Positions 35,788-44,833 of a DNA stretch of 64,000 nucleotides are shown here, in pieces (within the stretch, counting starts at the first letter, position 1; the number at the start of each line of letters is the position of its first letter). Below the pieces are notes generated by a model. That model made no database searches, was not told where the DNA came from, and saw only the letters and a list, made by a program, of their open reading frames with translations. The stretch is from NCBI GenBank assembly GCA_964408735.1, contig CAYPAX010000007.1, forward strand, positions 1,450 to 65,449, read 5' to 3'. A program made the position numbers and the translations under genes. The stretch comes from an uncultured Rhodospirillaceae bacterium (lineage in GTDB: Bacteria; Pseudomonadota; Alphaproteobacteria; UBA7887).

Positions 35788-37589
35788 TATTCGGTCTGCT
35801 CAGGGATATTAAGGCCGGCTTTGCGCAGGCCGTCAATCCACGCCTTGTATCGGGGCCGTAGCGCTTCGGGGTTCAGCGGGGAAAGCGCCGCCAAGGCCAC
35901 CTCAGGGGTGAAGTCCGGTTTAACTTCTAACAGCCCTTTGAGCGCAATCTTGGCTTCTGCGGGTTTACCAAGGTGTGCCAACGCCGATGCCAAATGCGCG
36001 TGAGGCCAAAATGGGGTTGCTGGGAATCGGACCGCGCGCCGCGCATCCTCCACTGTCGATTCGTAGTCTCCTAATAAAAAATGAGCAAGAGCGCGTAAGG
36101 TATAGAATGCCCATGCAAATGGGTCGCGCGGGCTTAAGCGGATGGCGGTGCTATACTCGGCGATGGCATCGTCATAACGCTCACTTCGCGCAAGCGCCAT
36201 GCCGAGCCCATTATGCGCAAATGCCGAGCTGGGATTAAGGTCAATGGCCGTACGTAGCTCTGCGATCGCCGCATCGTATTCGCCTCGTGAGACGTGCACC
36301 CTACCAAGCGCGAGATGAGCCATTGCGTCTTTGTCGTCCAGCGCCACGGCCCTGTTCGCGAACCGCTGTGCATCGTCCACATCCTCAAGAGGTGTATCTG
36401 AGTAGGCGTGCAGAACCTGGAGGAACAGCGTGAACCCAAGCGCCGCGAATGCTTGGGCAAAATTCGGATCTTGGTCGCTGGCAAGTTGGAAAAATCGACG
36501 CGCCTCCGCCATGTCCTCGGCATTGATTTGCCAAAGATGCCACATACCGCGCTGGTAGCACTCCCACGCATCGAGATTTTCCGGCCGCTTGCGACGGGCG
36601 CGTTCGCTTTCGAATTCGCCGACTTCCACTTGCAGGGCTGCGACCAGAGTTTCAGTGATCTCGTCCTGCAACGCGAAGATATCCGACAGGTCGCGGTCGT
36701 ATCGCTCAGCCCATATATGGTTGCCTGTGAGAGCATCGATCAATTGCGCCGTGATGCGCACCCGTTCGCCACCTCTACGGACGCTGCCCTCGACAACGTA
36801 TCGAACCTTGAGGTCATGGCCGACCTGTTTCACATCGACAGCTGTGTTCTTGTAGGTGAAGGAAGAATTGCGGGCCGAAACCTGGAGCCAGCGCAGGCGC
36901 GACAGCTCTGTGATCAGGTCTTCCGCTATGCCATCGGCAAAGTACTCTTGGTCGGCATCGCCGCTTAGGTTATTAAACGCTAACACAGCTATTGATGGCT
37001 TCTCAGCTAGCGACTGTGCAGCGTTCGGCGCAGGCGACATATCACGCGTGTTCAAAATGATCTGATAGGCACGCACCGAGCGGGCAATGTTCTTGAACTC
37101 GTGTTCACCCACATCGGCGAACGCAATATTCAGGCGCCCACTCACAGCACCGTGTATCATGTCCGATACGGTGATCCCGCCCGGCTCGCTCAGGCCTTCC
37201 AGCCGGGCCGCGACATTTACGCCATCGCCATAAACCGTCCCGTCGGCCTTCTCGTGGATGTCGCCAAGGTGGATGCCAATACGGAAGTGCATCTGGCGGG
37301 CCTCGGGAACATCCGCATTGAGCGCCGCCAAGCCTTCCTGGATCGCCAGAGAAGCCCGCAACGCCCCATTCGTGGTCTCGAAGACGGCCAGCACGCTGTC
37401 GCCCGCCGTGTCCACCACCCGGCCGTGGTTGCCCTCGACGTGTTTCGTGAAGACCGCCCGCGCGCGGTCCAGCGCCGCGATGGTCCCCTTCTCGTCGTCG
37501 GCCATCAGCCGCGAATAGCCGACCGCATCCGCCGCCAGGATCGCCGCGACGCGCTCGGTTATGCCGTCCTGTCCGTCGTCCTCAGCCAC
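35787..37589 (-). CDS. Class III adenylate/guanylate cyclase (CHD) with TPR repeats, paralogue of the downstream gene
   Basis: The same CHD motifs plus a single LAFNNLSGD module and TPRs. Its stop overlaps the next gene's start by 1 nt (TAATG). Confidence 0.8.
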   Translation of the reverse strand: MAEDDGQDGITERVAAILAADAVGYSRLMADDEKGTIAALDRARAVFTKHVEGNHGRVVDTAGDSVLAVFETTNGALRASLAIQEGLAALNADVPEARQMHFRIGIHLGDIHEKADGTVYGDGVNVAARLEGLSEPGGITVSDMIHGAVSGRLNIAFADVGEHEFKNIARSVRAYQIILNTRDMSPAPNAAQSLAEKPSIAVLAFNNLSGDADQEYFADGIAEDLITELSRLRWLQVSARNSSFTYKNTAVDVKQVGHDLKVRYVVEGSVRRGGERVRITAQLIDALTGNHIWAERYDRDLSDIFALQDEITETLVAALQVEVGEFESERARRKRPENLDAWECYQRGMWHLWQINAEDMAEARRFFQLASDQDPNFAQAFAALGFTLFLQVLHAYSDTPLEDVDDAQRFANRAVALDDKDAMAHLALGRVHVSRGEYDAAIAELRTAIDLNPSSAFAHNGLGMALARSERYDDAIAEYSTAIRLSPRDPFAWAFYTLRALAHFLLGDYESTVEDARRAVRFPATPFWPHAHLASALAHLGKPAEAKIALKGLLEVKPDFTPEVALAALSPLNPEALRPRYKAWIDGLRKAGLNIPEQTE

Positions 37590-37716
37590 GCCTCGTCCCT
37601 TCCCATGGCGCCTGAAGCCTTAGGCGCGAATGGTACGGCTTGCTCGGGCCTTGCGCAATGCAACCGCGCGGGCCGCGCCATGGCATGGCGGTGTCAGGGA
37701 AGCCGCGCCGCAATAC

Positions 37717-37765
37717 CCGCCCCCGGCGCCCGGGCGGAGTTCGCCGTTCGGCGGGCCGCCGGGGA
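37717..37765 (+). repeat. GC-rich ~45-bp hairpin-forming repeat, copy 1
   Basis: It reads CCCCCGGCGCCCGGGCGGAGTTCGCCGTTCGGCGGGCCGCCGGGG. Copy 2 at 38315-38360 differs at 2-3 positions, and the differences preserve the inner stem (GGCGGA/TTCGCC versus GGCGAA/TTCGCC). Confidence 0.55.
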
Positions 37766-37838
37766 GTGGGAGGCAAGTTATTCGTTGCAGCAATATCGCA
37801 TTCTACGATGGTCATGCAATGAGTTGCACCACCATTGC

Positions 37839-38085
37839 GATGCTAAAATGAAAGACTTGACCCCCAAGACCTGGGAGGTGCGGATTGCACCCGCGTTGCG
37901 TTGCGTTGGCGCAAACCGTACCATCGCCGGGCGCCAGGAAATCCGGGGTCAAGTCTTTCATTTCAGGAAATCCGGGGTCAAGTCTTTCATTTTAGCATTT
38001 GCTCGAGACTGGCAGTGGCACGCTCTCGCCGCCTGATAACGAAACGCCTGCGGGAGATGCTAAAATGAAAGACTTGACCCCAAAT
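37839..38085. repeat. Four copies of a ~24-bp motif (GATGCTAAAATGAAAGACTTGACCCC) in forward, reverse, reverse, forward order; the middle pair is a 29-bp tandem duplication
   Basis: Forward copies at 37839-37865 and 38057-38082. Reverse-complement copies at 37938-37966 and 37967-37997. Confidence 0.6.
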
Positions 38086-38314
38086 TTTCAGGTGCCGGCG
38101 GCGGCGATATCGGGGGCCGCAGGAAGCGCCATGGTCCGATGGTGAGCGGGTGACATATCGGCCACGGGAGTCAAGGGCCTGCGGTCCGCTTCGCGGATGG
38201 CCTACGGGGCCACCCTTGACTCCCCTGGCCGATATGCAAAATGGCAACCATCGGACCATGGCGCGGGCCGCGCATTGGGTGGCAGCGTCGCGGAAGTCGC
38301 GCCCCAACGAACGC

Positions 38315-38360
38315 CCCCGGCGCCCGGGCGAATTTCGCCGTTCGGCGGGCCGCCGGGGTC
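38315..38360 (+). promoter_or_regulatory. GC-rich hairpin repeat, copy 2, ending 19 nt upstream of the cobA start; a candidate 5'-UTR regulatory structure
   Basis: Same sequence family as 37717-37765. Its position suggests an RBS-proximal regulatory hairpin. Confidence 0.35.
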
Positions 38361-38378
38361 TGCTATAAGACGCCGGTG

Positions 38379-39191
38379 ATGGTGGACTTTCCTTTCGATA
38401 TGCCGCGCCTGGAGGCGGGCTGGGTGTGGCTGGTGGGCACCGGGCCGGGGGATCCGGGCCTGCTCACCCTGCATGCCTGGAACGCCATGCAACAGGCGGA
38501 CGTGGTGGTCTATGACGCGCTGGTCGGCGATCAGGTGATGGCCATGATCGGGCCCGGAGCCGAGGTCGAGTTCGCCGGCAAGCGCGGCGGCAAGCCCTCG
38601 GCGCGGCAGCCGGATATCTCGCGCCGGCTCGTGGAACTCGCCAAGGCGGGCAAGCGCGTGGTGCGGCTGAAGGGCGGCGATCCTTTCGTTTTCGGGCGTG
38701 GCGGCGAGGAAGCCCTGGCGCTGGTCGCGGCGGGCGTGCCGTTCCGTGTCGTGCCGGGTATCTCGGCGGGCATCGGCGCCTTGGCCTATGCGGGCATTCC
38801 GCTCACCCACCGCAGCACCAATGCGGCGGTCACCTTCGTCACCGGCCACGCGGCGGACGGGGAGGTGCCGGGGGCGCTGGACTGGGATGCCATCGCCCGC
38901 GGCTCGCCGGTCATCGTGCTCTACATGGCCATGGGCCATCTCGCCGCCATTGCCGCGCGCCTGCAGGCGGGCGGCCGTGCGGCGGACGAGCCGGTGGCAG
39001 TGATCTCGGCGGCGACCACCCCGGCCCAGGTGGTGCTGGAGACCACGCTGGGGGCCTGTGCGGCGGAGGCCGAGGCCGCCGCTGTCGGGCCGCCGGCGAT
39101 CGTCGTGGTCGGCGATGTGGTGCGGCTGCGCGCGGGCCTCGACTGGCTGGGGGCGGCTGCCGGCAAGACGCTTAACGCCGAGCCGCTGTGA
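38379..39191 (+). CDS. cobA: Uroporphyrinogen-III C-methyltransferase
   Basis: Methylase motifs GTGPGDPGLLT and GGDPFVFGRGGEE. 270 aa. Confidence 0.85.
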   Translation: MVDFPFDMPRLEAGWVWLVGTGPGDPGLLTLHAWNAMQQADVVVYDALVGDQVMAMIGPGAEVEFAGKRGGKPSARQPDISRRLVELAKAGKRVVRLKGGDPFVFGRGGEEALALVAAGVPFRVVPGISAGIGALAYAGIPLTHRSTNAAVTFVTGHAADGEVPGALDWDAIARGSPVIVLYMAMGHLAAIAARLQAGGRAADEPVAVISAATTPAQVVLETTLGACAAEAEAAAVGPPAIVVVGDVVRLRAGLDWLGAAAGKTLNAEPL

Positions 39192-40486
39192 GCGCGCCGG
39201 CGCTGATCCTGGCCGCGCCCGCGTCCGCCAGCGGCAAGACCACGCTGACCCTGGCGCTGCTGAGGGCGTTTCGAAACCGTGGTGTGCGGGTGGCCTCCTT
39301 CAAGGTCGGGCCGGACTATATCGATCCCGCCTTCCATGCCGCGGCATCCGGGCACCCCTGCCCCAATCTCGACACCTGGGCCATGCGCCCCGGCACCGTC
39401 GCGGCCATCGTTAGCGAGCTATGTGCCGATGCGGAGCTGGTCATCGGCGAGGGCGTCATGGGCCTCTTCGACGGTGCCGCCGGCGGCGGCGGCTCGACCG
39501 CCGACGTCGCCGCCGCGCTGGGTCTGCCGGCGGTGCTGGTGCACGATGTCAAGGGCCAGTGGGCGAGCGCCGCCGCCGTCGTCGAGGGCTTCGCCAACCA
39601 TCGCGCCGACGTGGCCGTGGCCGGGGTGATCTTCAACTATGTCGGCAGCCCCCGCCACGCCGCCCTGCTGGAGAAGGCTTGCGCCGATGTCGCGCCGGCC
39701 CGCCTCGGTGCCGTGCCCCGCGACGATCGTCTGGCTCTGCCCGACCGCCATCTCGGCCTGGTGCAGGCGGGCGAGCATGCGGGCCTCGAAGACTTTCTCG
39801 ACGGTGCCGCCGCGCTTGTCGCCGCCCATGTCGACCTCGACCGCCTCGCCGCTCTCGCCCGGGTTCCGACCGCCAGCGCCGAGGCCTGCCCGCCGCTGCC
39901 GCCGCTCGGCCAGCGCATTGCCATCGCCAACGATACCGCCTTCGCTTTTGCCTACCGTCACCTATGCCTAACCTTGCACGACCAGGGGGCCGAGCTGTTG
40001 CCGTTTTCGCCCCTTGCAGATGAGCCGCCGGGCGACGCGGACGCCATCTATCTGCCAGGCGGCTACCCGGAATTGCACGCCGGGCGCCTGGCCGCCAACG
40101 CCCGCTTCCTAGACGGCCTAAGGGCAGCCGCCGCCGGCGGCGTCACGGTCTATGGCGAATGCGGCGGCTATATGGTTCTAGGCGATGGGCTCATCGATGG
40201 CGACAGCGCGCGCCACGCCATGGCCGGGCTGTTGCCGCTCGAGACGTCGTTCGCGAAACCGCGCCTGCATCTCGGCTATCGCCAGCTGGCGCTGGCGGCC
40301 GATACGCCGCTGGGGGCCAAGGGCGCCCGCTTTCGCGCCCACGAGTTCCACTATGCGGAGGGCATGCCCGGCAGGGCGGCGGCCCTATTCGAGGCCAGCG
40401 ATTCCGAAGGCCGGCCGCTGGGACCCGCGGGACTGTGCGCGGGCTCGGTGATGGGCTCGTTCATGCACCTCGTCGACGCAGCGTGA
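39188..40486 (+). CDS. cobB: Cobyrinate a,c-diamide synthase
   Basis: The N-terminal ATP-binding motif SGKT and a C-terminal glutamine amidotransferase domain are colinear with CobB/CbiA. GTG start with a 4-nt overlap onto cobA. Confidence 0.8.
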   Translation: MSAPALILAAPASASGKTTLTLALLRAFRNRGVRVASFKVGPDYIDPAFHAAASGHPCPNLDTWAMRPGTVAAIVSELCADAELVIGEGVMGLFDGAAGGGGSTADVAAALGLPAVLVHDVKGQWASAAAVVEGFANHRADVAVAGVIFNYVGSPRHAALLEKACADVAPARLGAVPRDDRLALPDRHLGLVQAGEHAGLEDFLDGAAALVAAHVDLDRLAALARVPTASAEACPPLPPLGQRIAIANDTAFAFAYRHLCLTLHDQGAELLPFSPLADEPPGDADAIYLPGGYPELHAGRLAANARFLDGLRAAAAGGVTVYGECGGYMVLGDGLIDGDSARHAMAGLLPLETSFAKPRLHLGYRQLALAADTPLGAKGARFRAHEFHYAEGMPGRAAALFEASDSEGRPLGPAGLCAGSVMGSFMHLVDAA

Positions 40487-40622
40487 GCGTGCGCAGCGCC
40501 AGACCGCCGGCGAGCAGCAACAGAATCGCGGCCAGCAGACCGGGCTGGGCTTCGTGGCCGGGATGGGCGAAAGCGGTGCCCGGCACGAGGGCGAGCACGA
40601 AGGTCAGGGCAAGGTTACGCAT
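40461..40622 (-). CDS. Small hypothetical membrane/periplasmic protein (53 aa): signal peptide, HPGHE, then a TM anchor
   Basis: ORF MRNLALTFVLALVPGTAFAHPGHEAQPGLLAAILLLLAGGLALRTL... lies immediately downstream of cbtA and overlaps the cobB 3' end by 26 nt. Confidence 0.3.
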   Translation of the reverse strand: MRNLALTFVLALVPGTAFAHPGHEAQPGLLAAILLLLAGGLALRTLTLRRRGA

Positions 40623-40639
40623 CGTCGATAGTCCTTTCG

Positions 40640-41320
40640 TCAGGCGGGATGGCTGTCGCTGTGACCCAGCCGTGCCATTGCAGTGGCGGCAAGCGCGCCA
40701 AGCGCCAGCCAGAAGACGAGATTGGCGACCATGGTCGCGCTTACGAAAGCCGCTGCCATCTCGGGCGGCACGCTGCCGGCGATGGCCGGCACCTCGGGTG
40801 CGCCGACCGCATGGGGCAGAACGATGAGCACCACGCCGATGGTCTTCAGCCAGGTCGCCGGCACCAGCAGCAGCGCCCACAGGCCGATGCCCGTGGCGAC
40901 CACCGTACCGAGCCACCAGGCCTGACGCTCGGCCAGCTCGCCACCGACCATGCCGGGCAATTCGGGCGGCATCCCGAGGGCCGGCGCAAGGGAGAACACG
41001 GCAAAGCCGGCCAGACCCCATAACGCGCCCTGGCGCCAGTCCAGCCGGCGCCCGGTCAGCGCCAGCGCAGCACTCAACAGCAAGGCGAAACCGACGCCGA
41101 CCAGCACATTGGTGCCGAGGCGCAGAACCACGCGCCCGCCTTCGCTTTCGGGGATTGCGGCAGCATCGCCATGGCCATGATCGTGGCCGTCCGCCGCCTG
41201 CACCTCATAGGTCTCGGCAGCGAGGATCAGCGGCTGCACCTTGTGCGCCTGCAGCGCCGTCAGCAAAAGGCCAGACAGCACACCGGCGATGATTGCCGAT
41301 AGGGCAATTCTCAGAAACAT
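40640..41320 (-). CDS. cbtA: Cobalt transporter subunit CbtA
   Basis: Multi-TM protein with a His-rich loop (DGHDHGHGD) and CbtA-like topology. Start placed at MFLRIALS. Confidence 0.7.
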   Translation of the reverse strand: MFLRIALSAIIAGVLSGLLLTALQAHKVQPLILAAETYEVQAADGHDHGHGDAAAIPESEGGRVVLRLGTNVLVGVGFALLLSAALALTGRRLDWRQGALWGLAGFAVFSLAPALGMPPELPGMVGGELAERQAWWLGTVVATGIGLWALLLVPATWLKTIGVVLIVLPHAVGAPEVPAIAGSVPPEMAAAFVSATMVANLVFWLALGALAATAMARLGHSDSHPA

Positions 41321-41324
41321 GCGC

Positions 41325-41513
41325 TCAGTGGCAGGGGAACGCCATGCCGTGCCGCCCGTCATGAGCGGCATTGTGCAGGACTGACGGCTGGGCGAAGCCT
41401 ACGCCATAAAGGATAAAGGCGCCAAGCAGGACCGCAGCCACGGCAGCCGCCAAAGTCCCGAGCCCTTGTTCAGCCTGGGTGCCGCTCTCGACACGTGCGC
41501 CAATTGCCGTCAT
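41325..41513 (-). CDS. cbtB: Cobalt transporter subunit CbtB
   Basis: 62 aa, one TM helix, C-terminal HNAAHDGRHGMAFPCH (the CbtB signature). Located directly upstream of cbtA. Confidence 0.65.
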   Translation of the reverse strand: MTAIGARVESGTQAEQGLGTLAAAVAAVLLGAFILYGVGFAQPSVLHNAAHDGRHGMAFPCH

Positions 41514-41587
41514 CGTCTTCTCCCTGCGCTCAAGTTTTCGGTGCCGACCATAGAGCGCGACGGCAGAGATGGGAAGGGCAAACAGGG

Positions 41588-42124
41588 ATGGCAGACCCGT
41601 TCGTAGCGCTGACCTTGGTGTTGGGCGGCGCCCGTTCCGGCAAGAGCCATTTTGCCGAGGCCCTCGTCGAATCGAGCGGGCTCGATGCGGTCTATGTCGC
41701 CACCGCACAAGCCGGCGATGAGGAGATGGCGGCGCGTATCGCCCATCATCAGGCGCGCCGGGGTGCGGTCTGGCGCACTGTGGAGGCGCCTTTGCAGTTG
41801 GCCGCCGCCCTGGCCCGCGAAGCCGCGCCCGGGCGCGCCGTGCTGGTCGACTGCCTGACGCTGTGGCTCGCCAACATCATGGCCGACGGCTGTGATGTCG
41901 AGGCTGAAGCGGAGCGCCTTGTCGCAGCGCTTGGTGAGCTCGCCGGCCCGGTGGTGCTGGTCAGCAACGAGGTCGGCCAGGGCATCGTGCCGGACAACGC
42001 CCTCGCCCGCGCCTTTCGCGACCACGCCGGGCGCCTGCACCAGGACATCGCGGCGGCAGCGGACACTGTGTACTTCGTCACCGCCGGCCTGGCGCAGACC
42101 TTGAAGAGCCCTAACCCTCGCTGA
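41588..42124 (+). CDS. cobU: Adenosylcobinamide kinase / adenosylcobinamide-phosphate guanylyltransferase
   Basis: P-loop GGARSGKS and a CobU/CobP-like sequence. 178 aa from MADPFVAL. Confidence 0.8.
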   Translation: MADPFVALTLVLGGARSGKSHFAEALVESSGLDAVYVATAQAGDEEMAARIAHHQARRGAVWRTVEAPLQLAAALAREAAPGRAVLVDCLTLWLANIMADGCDVEAEAERLVAALGELAGPVVLVSNEVGQGIVPDNALARAFRDHAGRLHQDIAAAADTVYFVTAGLAQTLKSPNPR

Positions 42125-43130
42125 CACCCGCGTCCGCGAAGGTGGCCATGCCGGCGTGGGTCGTAACCGCGGCCTTGACCAGGTGTGCGGCGAGCGCGGC
42201 GCCGGAGGCTTCGCCGAGGCGCATGCCGAGGTCGAGCAGTGGTGTCAGGCCGAGCGCCTTGAGAAGGCGGTCGTGGCCGGCTTCGGCCGAGCGATGGCTG
42301 GCCAGGCAGTGGTCGAGCGCGCCGGGCGCGGCACGCTGGAGCACGGCGGCGGCGGCGCAGCAGATGAAGCCGTCCAGCATCACCGGCACGCGGGCGCGCC
42401 GGGCGCCGAGAATGGCACCGGCGATGGCGGCAAGCTCATAGCCGCCGAGCCGCCGCAAGACCTCGAGGGGATCGCCGAGTGCCGCGCCGTGAAAGGCCAT
42501 GGCGGCGGCGATCGTCTCGCGCTTGCGGGCGAGGCCGGCATCGTCGACGCCTGTGCCGCGGCCCACCCAGTCGGCCGGCTCGCCGCCGAACAGCGCCGTC
42601 GCCAAAGCCGCTGCCGAGGTGGTGTTGGCAATGCCCATCTCGCCGAGGCAAAGCAGATCCGTCCCTGCCTCGACGCGCGCCATGCCGGTGGCGAAGGCGG
42701 CGGCGCAGGCGGCCTCGCTCATTGCCGCGTCAGCGGTGAAGTCGGCGGTCGGAGACTCGAGATCGAAGGCATCGACGCTGAGCTCGGCGCCGAGGCTACG
42801 GCAAAGCTGATTGATGGCGGCACCGCCGGCCTCGAAATTCGCCACCATCTGCACGGTCACTTCGGCGGGAAAGGCGGATACGCCGCGCGCAGCGACGCCG
42901 TGATTGCCGGCGAAGACGAGCGTGCGCAGGGCCTCGGCGCGGGCCGGGTGGCGGCCCTGCCAGGCGGCCATCCAGGCGGCGATATCCTCGAGCCTGCCAA
43001 GCGAGCCGGAGGGCTTGGTGAGTTGCGCGTCGCGGGCGCGCGCTTCCGCCGCGGCAGCGTCGTCCGCGGATGCCAAATCGCTCAGCATTTGGCGTATGGT
43101 GGCAAAATCCAAAGTAAGGGCTCCGTTCAT
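42111..43130 (-). CDS. cobT: Nicotinate-nucleotide--dimethylbenzimidazole phosphoribosyltransferase
   Basis: 339 aa CobT-like sequence (GEMGIANTTSAAAL). Confidence 0.8.
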   Translation of the reverse strand: MNGALTLDFATIRQMLSDLASADDAAAAEARARDAQLTKPSGSLGRLEDIAAWMAAWQGRHPARAEALRTLVFAGNHGVAARGVSAFPAEVTVQMVANFEAGGAAINQLCRSLGAELSVDAFDLESPTADFTADAAMSEAACAAAFATGMARVEAGTDLLCLGEMGIANTTSAAALATALFGGEPADWVGRGTGVDDAGLARKRETIAAAMAFHGAALGDPLEVLRRLGGYELAAIAGAILGARRARVPVMLDGFICCAAAAVLQRAAPGALDHCLASHRSAEAGHDRLLKALGLTPLLDLGMRLGEASGAALAAHLVKAAVTTHAGMATFADAGVSEG

Positions 43131-43132
43131 TC

Positions 43133-43897
43133 ATGGTTGCTAGGCAGGTCATAACACGGCTGGACGATCTGCGTGTGGCTGCTGCGTTCCTCACGCGCCT
43201 GCCGGTGCCCGCGCCGGAAGGCAGAGGCATGGAAGCGGTGGCCGGGGCTTGCCGCGCCTACCCGCTTGTCGGCGCCGGCATCGGCTTCGCCGCGGGCGGG
43301 ATATGCCTTGCCTCCCAGGCCATCGGGCTCGGGGTCTGGCTGGCGGCCATATTGGCAGTCATTTGCCAGGTGGTGCTGAGCGGTGCCCTGCACGAAGACG
43401 GCCTGGCGGATGTGGCCGACGGCCTCGGCGGCTATGACAAGGAAAGACGCCTCGAGATCATGCGCGACAGCCGCATCGGCGCCTATGGCGTGCTGGCGCT
43501 GATCCTTGCCACCCTGTTGCGTGTCGCCGCCATCGCCAGCCTGGCGGGTGACGCGCTGGCAGCTTTGGTGGTGGCAGCGGCGCTGTCGCGCGCGGCCATG
43601 GCCTGGCCGATGGCGATGTTGCCGCCGGCTCGCGATGATGGTCTCGCCGCCGGGGCCGGCAGACCTGCCACGGCTCGTGTGGTCGAGGGCGCGTTGATCG
43701 CGTTGGCACTGGCAGTCGCGATTTCCGGTCTTGCCGGATTGCTCGCCGCGGCGATTGCGGCATTTGCAGCGCTATCGGTCGCCCGGCTCGCAGAGCGCAG
43801 TCTCGGCGGCACAACGGGCGATATTATCGGCACCACCCAGATGGTTGCCGAGATCGCCGTGTTGCTGGCGCTGGTTACGCTGACAGCAGCGTATTAG
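43133..43897 (+). CDS. cobS: Adenosylcobinamide-GDP ribazoletransferase (cobalamin synthase)
   Basis: Polytopic membrane protein of about 250 aa with CobS-like motifs. Diverges from cobT. Confidence 0.7.
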   Translation: MVARQVITRLDDLRVAAAFLTRLPVPAPEGRGMEAVAGACRAYPLVGAGIGFAAGGICLASQAIGLGVWLAAILAVICQVVLSGALHEDGLADVADGLGGYDKERRLEIMRDSRIGAYGVLALILATLLRVAAIASLAGDALAALVVAAALSRAAMAWPMAMLPPARDDGLAAGAGRPATARVVEGALIALALAVAISGLAGLLAAAIAAFAALSVARLAERSLGGTTGDIIGTTQMVAEIAVLLALVTLTAAY

Positions 43898-44807
43898 CGC
43901 CGTCTTCCTCTTGCTGCAGGGAGAAGATCGAGGTGTAGCCTGCCGACCAGTCCGGCGGGATGAGGCAGGGCTCGGGATCGAAGCGCATCCACTTGGCAGG
44001 CTGGCCGCGCACGATGGCGCCGGAATGCGTGGTGCTGTCGAGCAGGTTCGTCACCGGCATGGAGTCGGCGGCGGAAAAGGCGTTGAGCAGCAGCGGGCGC
44101 ATGCGCGGTGAGCGGTTCTCAGTCGAGCCATGCACCAGGCGGCAATTGTGCACCGTCACCGAGCCGCGCTTGCCGGTCAGCCAGACCGCCTTGTCGAGGG
44201 CCACGCGCGACATGTCCGCATCGCGAACGGCGCCGGTCCACTGCTCGTTTTCGTCATAGAGATCGAACAGCTCGCCACGGTGGCTGCCGGGGATCACCCC
44301 GAGCGGCCCCATCTCGTCGTCCACATCGTGCAGGTAGAGGCCGATGGCCAAATGCGAATAGTTGGTATGGGGATAGAACTGGATGTCCTGGTGCCACTTC
44401 ACTTCCTCGCCGCCGCCGGCCCATTTCAAGTTGAGCTTGGAGTGGTGGAACTTGACATCGGCACCAAGCAGGTCTTCGGCGATATCGACGATCGGCCCGT
44501 TGAGCGCGAACTCGCGGTAGACGGGATGGTTCTCGACTGGGTGGTTGATGCGCCGCAGTCGCGGGTTCGTCGCGTTGTGGTCGGGCTCGATATCGAAGAA
44601 TTCGTCCGGGGCCGCGACGGCGCGGCTCTTCTCGATAAAATCGTTGGTGACCTGCCAGAGCCGATCGAGCCATTCCTCGGAAATGAAATCCTCGACGCAG
44701 ACATAGCCGTCGCGGAAGTAGCCTTGCCGCTGTTCCTGGCTCAGCACTTTGGCCGGCCGCGCCAGCACTTCTTCGCTCAACATCGCCTTCTCCACCTCTA
44801 CTTCCAT
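43875..44807 (-). CDS. Phytanoyl-CoA dioxygenase (PhyH)-family Fe(II)/2-oxoglutarate oxygenase
   Basis: The HxD...H facial triad (HQD, HGSTE) in a PhyH-like context. It sits inside the cob cluster and overlaps the cobS 3' end by 23 nt. Confidence 0.65.
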   Translation of the reverse strand: MEVEVEKAMLSEEVLARPAKVLSQEQRQGYFRDGYVCVEDFISEEWLDRLWQVTNDFIEKSRAVAAPDEFFDIEPDHNATNPRLRRINHPVENHPVYREFALNGPIVDIAEDLLGADVKFHHSKLNLKWAGGGEEVKWHQDIQFYPHTNYSHLAIGLYLHDVDDEMGPLGVIPGSHRGELFDLYDENEQWTGAVRDADMSRVALDKAVWLTGKRGSVTVHNCRLVHGSTENRSPRMRPLLLNAFSAADSMPVTNLLDSTTHSGAIVRGQPAKWMRFDPEPCLIPPDWSAGYTSIFSLQQEEDGANTLLSA

Positions 44808-44833
44808 GGCGTCAGCTTAGCACCTTCGCCCGC

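Noticed and set aside
37938-37997. 29-bp tandem direct repeat (two copies)
   Set aside because: It is not a CRISPR array. There are only two units, they are abutting with no spacers, and they form the inner pair of the four-copy motif array.
37990-38378. Expected cobalamin riboswitch upstream of cobA
   Set aside because: No plus-strand GCCACTG B12 box and no GGTG...AATCC core could be recognised by eye. This is left as an open question under the findings, not called as a riboswitch.
41514-41587. Riboswitch in the cbtB-cobU divergent spacer
   Set aside because: The spacer is only about 75 bp, too short for a cobalamin riboswitch.
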